Shown: positions 57,700 to 64,000 of the stretch, piece after piece
Position numbering within the stretch: position 1 is the stretch's first letter
Layout: every line of letters starts with the position of its first letter
Assembly (NCBI GenBank): GCA_002269645.1
Contig: NIVC01001141.1
Span: 1-64,000 of the forward strand
Length of the DNA: 64,000 nt
Reading direction: 5' to 3'
DNA from: Macrostomum lignano
Lineage: Eukaryota
The notes under the pieces: generated by a model
Database searches by the model: none
Seen by the model: only the letters and a program-made list of their open reading frames with translations
What the model was told of the DNA's origin: nothing
Made by a program: the position numbers and the translations under genes

Positions 57700-59660
57700 T
57701 ACAAGAAGGTGGACGACCCGGACGCCGGCATATTTGGGGTCGAGAAGTCGGCACACCCAGGAGATCAACGGCTCCAGACTGTCGGTGTTGATTGACAGCG
57801 GCGCGGCTCAAATGTGATCAAACGGGCCACGTTCGAGAGTCTGAGACAGCGGCCGCACCTGCAGGCCACCTCCTCAGAAAGGCTGTTCGTGTACGGGTCG
57901 GACCGGCATGCAGCTGCTGGGCAAGACGGCGACGACCGTCCCCATTTTCGACCGGCAGGCATGCAGTCGCCACGTTTCACATCGTCGAAGGAAAAAGCAT
58001 CACCATAATTGGCAGGGAGACGGCCACTCACTCGGATGGACATCCTGCAGGTCGGGCCACCACCGACAGCCGGCCAGCAGGTACTGCAGATCGCTGATGC
58101 AGAGCCTGCCGTCGACGGCTAACGGCGAGATCTAGCGGAGTGCACCAAGGACACGTCGAGGACATCGTCAGAAAACTGCTCAAGCACGCCAGCGTGTTTA
58201 GCGACTTTGGCTGCTTCACGGACCGCCTGCCAAAATAAACCTCATCGACAACGCCCGCCTGGTCTGCCATGCGCCTTTGAAGGTCCGATTCACCTGGCAG
58301 ACTCGGTGGGCAAATTTCATGGGAATGCGGCTTGAAAGCAAGGTTGCCGCCGTTTAAGACTTCAAGGAGCCCCAACGCTCATTCCTGGGCCTCGTGAATT
58401 ACCTCGACGTGTTCACGCCACAGCTAGCCAAGGTGGCGGAATCGCTGCGGCGCCTGACCAGGAAGAGCGTCAACTAGAGTCATCCGGGCGGCTGTAGCGG
58501 TGACACAAAGCGGTCGTTGAGATCGCTCCAGAGCCCAGATAGGGTCCCTCCACGCGCTGCAAGAGGAGCTGTCCGCGGTGGATGGAGTCCTCATTCGGCA
58601 CCAGCGAATCGTCGTGCCAGCTGGTCACTATCACCAAGGGCTCCTAGAAGACGATCGCCAGATTCGGCATAAAGATCTGGTGGCTGAGGATGGCAACTCA
58701 AGCGGAGAAGTTTGTCAGTTGATATAACCGCAGCTACGCCGTCAAGTCGCACACGCCAGCCTCCGGGCCACGCCTCCCGGTAATCGCTTCTGGGCCGCGC
58801 CTCCTCGCGGGAGCCTGGCTGTCGATTAGCACCGACTTTGTGTGACCCATAAACAACAAAATGTTGCTGGTGTGCGTGGACCGCTACTCGAGGTTTCCAG
58901 AGGCATCATGCAGACGACGACGGCCGAGGCACTGATTACCCCGCCTATGAGAGATGTTTGCTGGCTTCGGGATCCCGCAAGAGCTCTTGACAGATAATGG
59001 ACCGCCCTTCTCGTCCAAAGAGTTTGGACGGTTCCTGGCGAGTTACGGGATCAAGCACCACCTCATCATGCCCTACTAACCTCCGGCCAACGGCATGATA
59101 GAGCGACTCACGCTCCATCAACAGAGTCGTGTGAGCAGCCATCGAGGAGCGGCTGGACTGGAGGGCCGCTCTGGACGAGTGACTGCAGCTGGCCTACAGG
59201 AATATACCGCACACGGCCATCATGCGCGCACCAGCCGAGCTGCTGATGAGTCGGCGGCCAAACGACGCAATCCCTGCTGCCCGTCCAGCTCTCAGCGAGT
59301 CGGCATCAACGAGCAGCGGCTGAGTAAAGTGGATGCCGGGGCAAGGCGTTGATGAAGCAGCATGCAAGGGTGCAGCCACGCGGCACAACGTCCAGGTCGG
59401 CGACTCGATGCTGCGAGGGTGGGTCTGTGCCGTCAAGACGCAGGCGCCATTCGAGGTGCCTGGACGGTGCATGCAGCGGGTGGCCAGCAACTCGCTGCCG
59501 CTTACGCCTGGATCGGCGGTCAAAGTCGTCGTCAGCCAACTTGGCCGACGCTGTGGCGCCCAAGACGCAGACCGCTACACCGAGAGCTCCAGACGAGGCG
59601 AGCCCTCGCCTGGCGCTGTGCCCACACCCCCGCGCTGCTCTTCAGGGTGGCGTGAACATC
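57700..59660 (+). mobile_element. Heavily decayed Ty3/Gypsy LTR-retrotransposon pol remnant
   Basis: Protease VLIDSGA at 57785; RT-connection SFLGLVNYL..F.PQLA at about 58380; integrase HQG, TDF..LVCVDRYSRFPE, ELLTDNGPPFSS and ANGMIER (D,D35E) at 58620-59110. The order PR-RT-INT fits Gypsy. The RT core and RNase H are largely deleted and no LTR pair was found. Edges are approximate. Confidence 0.85.
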
Positions 59661-60325
59661 TACAAGGACTGAATTTGTGAATCCAGTTGTCTGAAATTAA
59701 CTTTTTTTCTAAAAATATGCTTTGTGGGTTTTTGCAATACATGTATTTTTGCTCTTGCATTTAATTAAATATTTTACTTCCTCAATATTTAATTCACAGA
59801 TTCAGTCTTTCGAGAATTTCTTTTTAATCAATTTTCTTCCTCACAGTCTATTCCGAAGGGGGAGAAATTTAGTGTGCGTTACGCACAGTACGAGGATGTC
59901 GGTCAGGTGCACGCGGTCAGTTCAAACTGAAAAAACGCTTCTGAGGAAGTTTATAAATTTTTCGATTTCGGAACCACTGCAGATCCATGTATACAGCATC
60001 CATTTTGATTTTATCGAACTCACTGAAAATTGTTCGATCTATTTCCTGCAGGCGCGCAGATGATCAATAGCGATCAATGGAGTTAGGGAACACTGCATTA
60101 AGAGAATGGAATAAAAGAAACAGGTCTAACCGATCAGCAATGTACGTGCTGTGCTCCTATATGTAAGCTTCATACGGTATCTAGAAAGTTTTAAATGCAG
60201 TGATATTCACTCGCTGCACATCTCTTTCCAAAACAGGTTTCGAGTTTGTCTAAGTTGACGACGCGCCAGTTTTGGACATCATAATCGCTTGCAGCGAAAT
60301 TAAAGTTGTTGAGAAATATGTTAAA

Positions 60326-60480
60326 AAATATTTATATTTCAGTTTCATAGCGCGATTCTGGAGCCGATAATTAAAGCCTATTTGGCAACTACATGTAATA
60401 GGCCTTAATAGGCCAAAAGCGATGATAGGCTTTGATTATCGGCTCCAGAACCGCGCTATGATTCTGAAATTTAAATATTT
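60326..60480. repeat. Inverted repeat of about 55 bp with a short spacer (MITE-like)
   Basis: AAATATTTATATTTCAG..CATAGCGCG.TTCTGGAGCCGATAAT.AAAGCCTAT pairs with ATAGGCTTTGATTATCGGCTCCAGAACCGCGCTATG..CTGAAATTTAAATATTT. Confidence 0.75.
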
Positions 60481-62189
60481 AAAAATATTTTTTAGTTTTT
60501 TTTTATTTATTTTTGTAAGCAAATATATGAACAGATTTTTAATTTCTTTTTAGAGATTATGCTCATTTCTAGCACTATAGAAAGCTCTTGTTGTCGTTAT
60601 AAACGGTGTAGAGCAGATATGAAATGATGAAATGAGCTTCGAGGAAATGCGAAAACTGGAAAAAATTCAGATTTCAGATTAGAAGTTAGCCAGTTTAGGT
60701 AAGTAAAATTAAAGTAGGCCTGCCTAGTAAGCAGTTTCAATTTCAAGTAGGCCTAGCACAAAGTCTACTAGTAGCTTAAAGTTTAGGCACAATTCATAAA
60801 AATCAGTTAGGCTTTTCATATTACCGTTACCGATTCCAGAACCAGAAACGGTTCGAAGCTTTTCATTTTGTCTGTTCCATTTTCAGAATCCATTCCAGAA
60901 CCGTGCTCTGGTTCTGGAATTCTGGAATCTGGATTTACTGTCATGTTTACACTTTAACAGTAAAATATATTTTAAATCATTAATTTTTTATTGTTTTATT
61001 ATTATTGTTTTTCTCATATCCACAAGAGGAGAAACAAAGTGAAGTAAAGTGAAGTGAAGGACAAAATTAAATTAAATTGTAAGACTGACAAACATAAAAT
61101 CGGTTCGAGGCTTTTCATTTTCCTACAGATTCTAGTTTTGGAATTGGAATTATTCTGGTTCTAGAACCAATCTTTGTGAAAAGCCTTTAGAAGTGTCCAT
61201 GCCCCTTGGGCCCTTGGCCTTAGGAAAAATATATTATACAAATAAGTTATAAATGTATTGGAAAGTTTTGCAACTCTATAACTTTAACTATGTTTTCCAA
61301 AGGTTATAGTAATCTGGGAGTATTCAGTAGGCTAGGCCTAGTAAATTGTGTCAACTCAACAAAATCAATAATTGATAGCCTATGATACTTTATACTATAG
61401 AATAGGCCCTCTAACATTATATTATAGGCAATAGGCCTAGGCCTAGACATATAAAGTAGTTAAAATGTTTTAAACTTTAGGAGCATCATTTTGTTGCTAT
61501 ACATAATCCCAAGTAAACACTGATGCAGTATGCATATTGTAGGATTGGGAAAATAATTGAGGCGTGAAATGCGGTGGTTCATTTGCTTTAATTTTTCTTT
61601 GATTGTTTTCCGTGTGGAAAAGAATAGAGGGAATTGAGTAATTGCGTGTTAGGGTGCTTATTATTTATATACATGTTGATAGAACATTCCGGAATCCGGA
61701 AAGTTCGAGAGTGGTTTTTAGAAAGGGGTACGCAGGAGTTCAAAATACCAAATATAGAAAGTGCGTGTTTACGCGGAAGTTTCTAGAATATAAGTATTGT
61801 ACTTACTGTACGCTAGGCCTATCTTATACCATATATGCGCGTTGTTTAGTTGGAGAACTTTCTAGAATATGAAGATTTAAACATGTTATAGAATATTATA
61901 GAAAATAGAAATACGCTATAATACTTATAATATAGTGAATGCGCTACAATATAAGAATTTTTGTCTTGCACACTATATACACCCCACACTCCAGATCATG
62001 TAGTATATGCCCAAAAATTTAGGCATGCATTGGCTTTGCATGCCAAAAGTAGGCATGCACAGTTGGTATGCATCACTCCTAAGAAAATACACCTTGCATG
62101 CACTTTATAGAATTGCAGAAAAGTTATTGTGAAGTAGAAAAAAGTGAAAAAAAGTTCATAAATAAAGGTAAATATCAACATGAAGTATT

Positions 62190-63330
62190 ATTTGAGTTGC
62201 CAATGCATTTCGTCCATTTGCATTAGGACATCGTCAGGGTCTTTTTATTTAAAAAACAATTTGAACAAATATTCAGTATATATAGATAGTTGAGAGTAAC
62301 AAGAGTAGTTGAATTGAGTTTTTAATTGATGGTTTAAAACTTGTACATAGTAATCAATTTTTGATACAGTATTGGTTGGGTAAAGTGCATATCAGTTTCA
62401 AGCCAGTCCGGTCATTGACAAATCAGCTAAAAAATTCTGAGTTGACGGCTAGCCCCACCCATCGCAAGTTGGTTATTTAACGTGGGCTGTTTGGTCTTAA
62501 TGTACAGGGCTTCTAATAGGCAGAGCATGTGATCTCTATTACAAAAATCAATAGCCTTTATCATTTCGTGTGGTTCAGCCTCACAACAAGAATTGCAGGT
62601 TAGCAGGTGTTTGTTAATAGCAGAGTTTTTTAGCCAGTGCTCTCTGACCCTCGTGTATAAGTGTCGTTTAGTTTTTCCCATGTAGGAGATGCTCTGGTCC
62701 TCAGAGCAAACAAATTTATACACGACACCAGCCGCGAGAGGATGTGGAACACTGGATTTCAACTTGCAGACAAACTTAGCAATCTTTTCGGTGCGAAACA
62801 CAACACGGATTTGAGTGTTTAAGTCTTTACGGACGGAGCAGCTTTTCTAACTTCTTTTTAAACTCTATAGAACAAACACCAAAGTAAGGCAAAGTGATCA
62901 AGGGACATTCAGAGGTGGAATCACAAACTTTCATCTGAGTAGGTTCAGTCAGTTTGTCATTGAGAAAAGAGTTGACAATTTTCATCACAAAGTTCTTAGG
63001 ATAGCCATTGTAGCTGAGCAGATTGGTGAGGATTTCAACTTTGTTGTGGAAAAGTCTCCAAGAGCTGCAAGTGGAAAAAGCCCAGTGAAGAAAGCAACGA
63101 ATAAATCCAGTTTTCCATTGTCTAGGGCACAAGGCGTCAAACCTAAGCATAAGCCCAGTAAAGCTAGGTTTCCTATACACACTGGTCGAAATAGTTTCAT
63201 CGGTGGCGTCAACGTCAATGTCTAAGAAAGGAAGTCTTTTGCCTCCCCCCTCCACTGTGAATTTGATATTCTCATGAGTAGAATTGATTAACTTAAAAAA
63301 CTCGTCCTTCTTAGCTTTTTTCATTTTTGA
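62190..63330 (-). mobile_element. 5'-truncated Penelope-like retroelement (RT C-terminus + GIY-YIG endonuclease)
   Basis: INSTHENIKFTVE..LPFLDI..VYRKPSFTG..NGYPKNFV (RT domain 7 and thumb), a frameshift near 62830, then GVVYKF..YMGKTKRHL.TRVREH..LLEALYI..QPTLN (GIY-YIG). Confidence 0.92.
62199..62241 (-). ncRNA. Minimal type-I hammerhead ribozyme in the Penelope-like 3' repeat
   Basis: The minus strand reads GACC-CUGACGA-U-GUCC-UAAUGCAAAU-GGAC-GAA-AUGCAU-U-GGC: a conserved core, a 4-bp stem II, a palindromic 6-nt stem III and a weak stem I. Confidence 0.72.
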
Positions 63331-64000
63331 GGCAAAGTTCATTTTTGAATGTAAATTTCCTACTTTCTGGGTTTTTAAGCTCACAATAGGGCATTTAAAC
63401 AAATCTTTGCATATATCAATTTTTCACTATAAATTGTTTTGCCAAAAAGCAGGAAAATTAACCAAATTATCTATCAAAAGGATTTATTATGCAATGAAAA
63501 AGGTCATTTTTATTATAACATTAAATAGGTCATATGTTGCAACACTAGTGGAGTTTTAAAAATGGGCATGCACTTAATTTTTTTGGTGTGCATTTATAAT
63601 TATCAATTTTTGTTTAGATGTGCATCTAGCATGATCCAGACTATGGTATATACCTATCTCTAGAAGATATAGTGCATGCCAACATTTTCTGGCATGCATT
63701 TAAAAATGTCAGCATACACAAGATGCATTTTATTTTTTTTAATATCTGTGCAACTGAAGAAAGTGTAGTTATGAGCATACACAAATGGCATGCAATGTGT
63801 ATTGTGGTAGATCAATATAAGCTATATAATAGATTGATATTCAAATTTATACCACAAAAAGTCTAAATTAGAAAAGTAGTTTTTCCAAGGTTATCACCTT
63901 GGATTATTAAATGTAAATAATTAAAAAGATAAAATAATTATAGGCATTATCAAATTCTAACATTTTTTAAGATGATAATAGAAAGTTTAAAGTATATTTA

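Noticed and set aside
60809-61187. AGGCTTTTCA...TGAAAAGCCT 10-bp inverted ends with internal direct copies
   Set aside because: No clear TSD and very short TIRs, so it cannot be supported as a MITE.

Overview
Eukaryotic (animal) genomic DNA. GC-rich, intron-split genes sit in AT-rich spacer that is dense in transposon remnants and tandem arrays. The composition and repeat load would fit a free-living flatworm such as Macrostomum, but this is inference only. Host genes, reconstructed by eye from splice sites and protein motifs: the glycine-rich tail of an unknown gene (2-558); a long-chain acyl-CoA synthetase (2453-7004); a minus-strand gene encoding about 15 ankyrin repeats plus two tandem STE/MAP3K-like kinase domains (13899-17699); a ZER1/ZYG-11-like CRL2 adaptor (37291-40500); an SSUH2-like zinc-finger gene (43264-48993) whose last three exons are tandemly duplicated; a calmodulin-like EF-hand gene; a possible orphan heptad-repeat ORF; and an intronless CYP2-clan P450. 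Mobile elements: a Ngaro/PAT-type tyrosine-recombinase retrotransposon with split direct repeats; an intron-containing, decayed Helitron facing an inverted non-autonomous relative; a Mutator-like foldback element with a 9-bp target-site duplication (TSD); a hAT MITE with an 8-bp TSD; a Ty3/Gypsy remnant; and a Penelope-like remnant carrying a minimal hammerhead ribozyme. At least ten micro- or minisatellite arrays explain most of the long ORFs in the supplied track. No rRNA, tRNA or CRISPR array was recognised. All coordinates were counted by hand, no database searches were run, and array edges are approximate.
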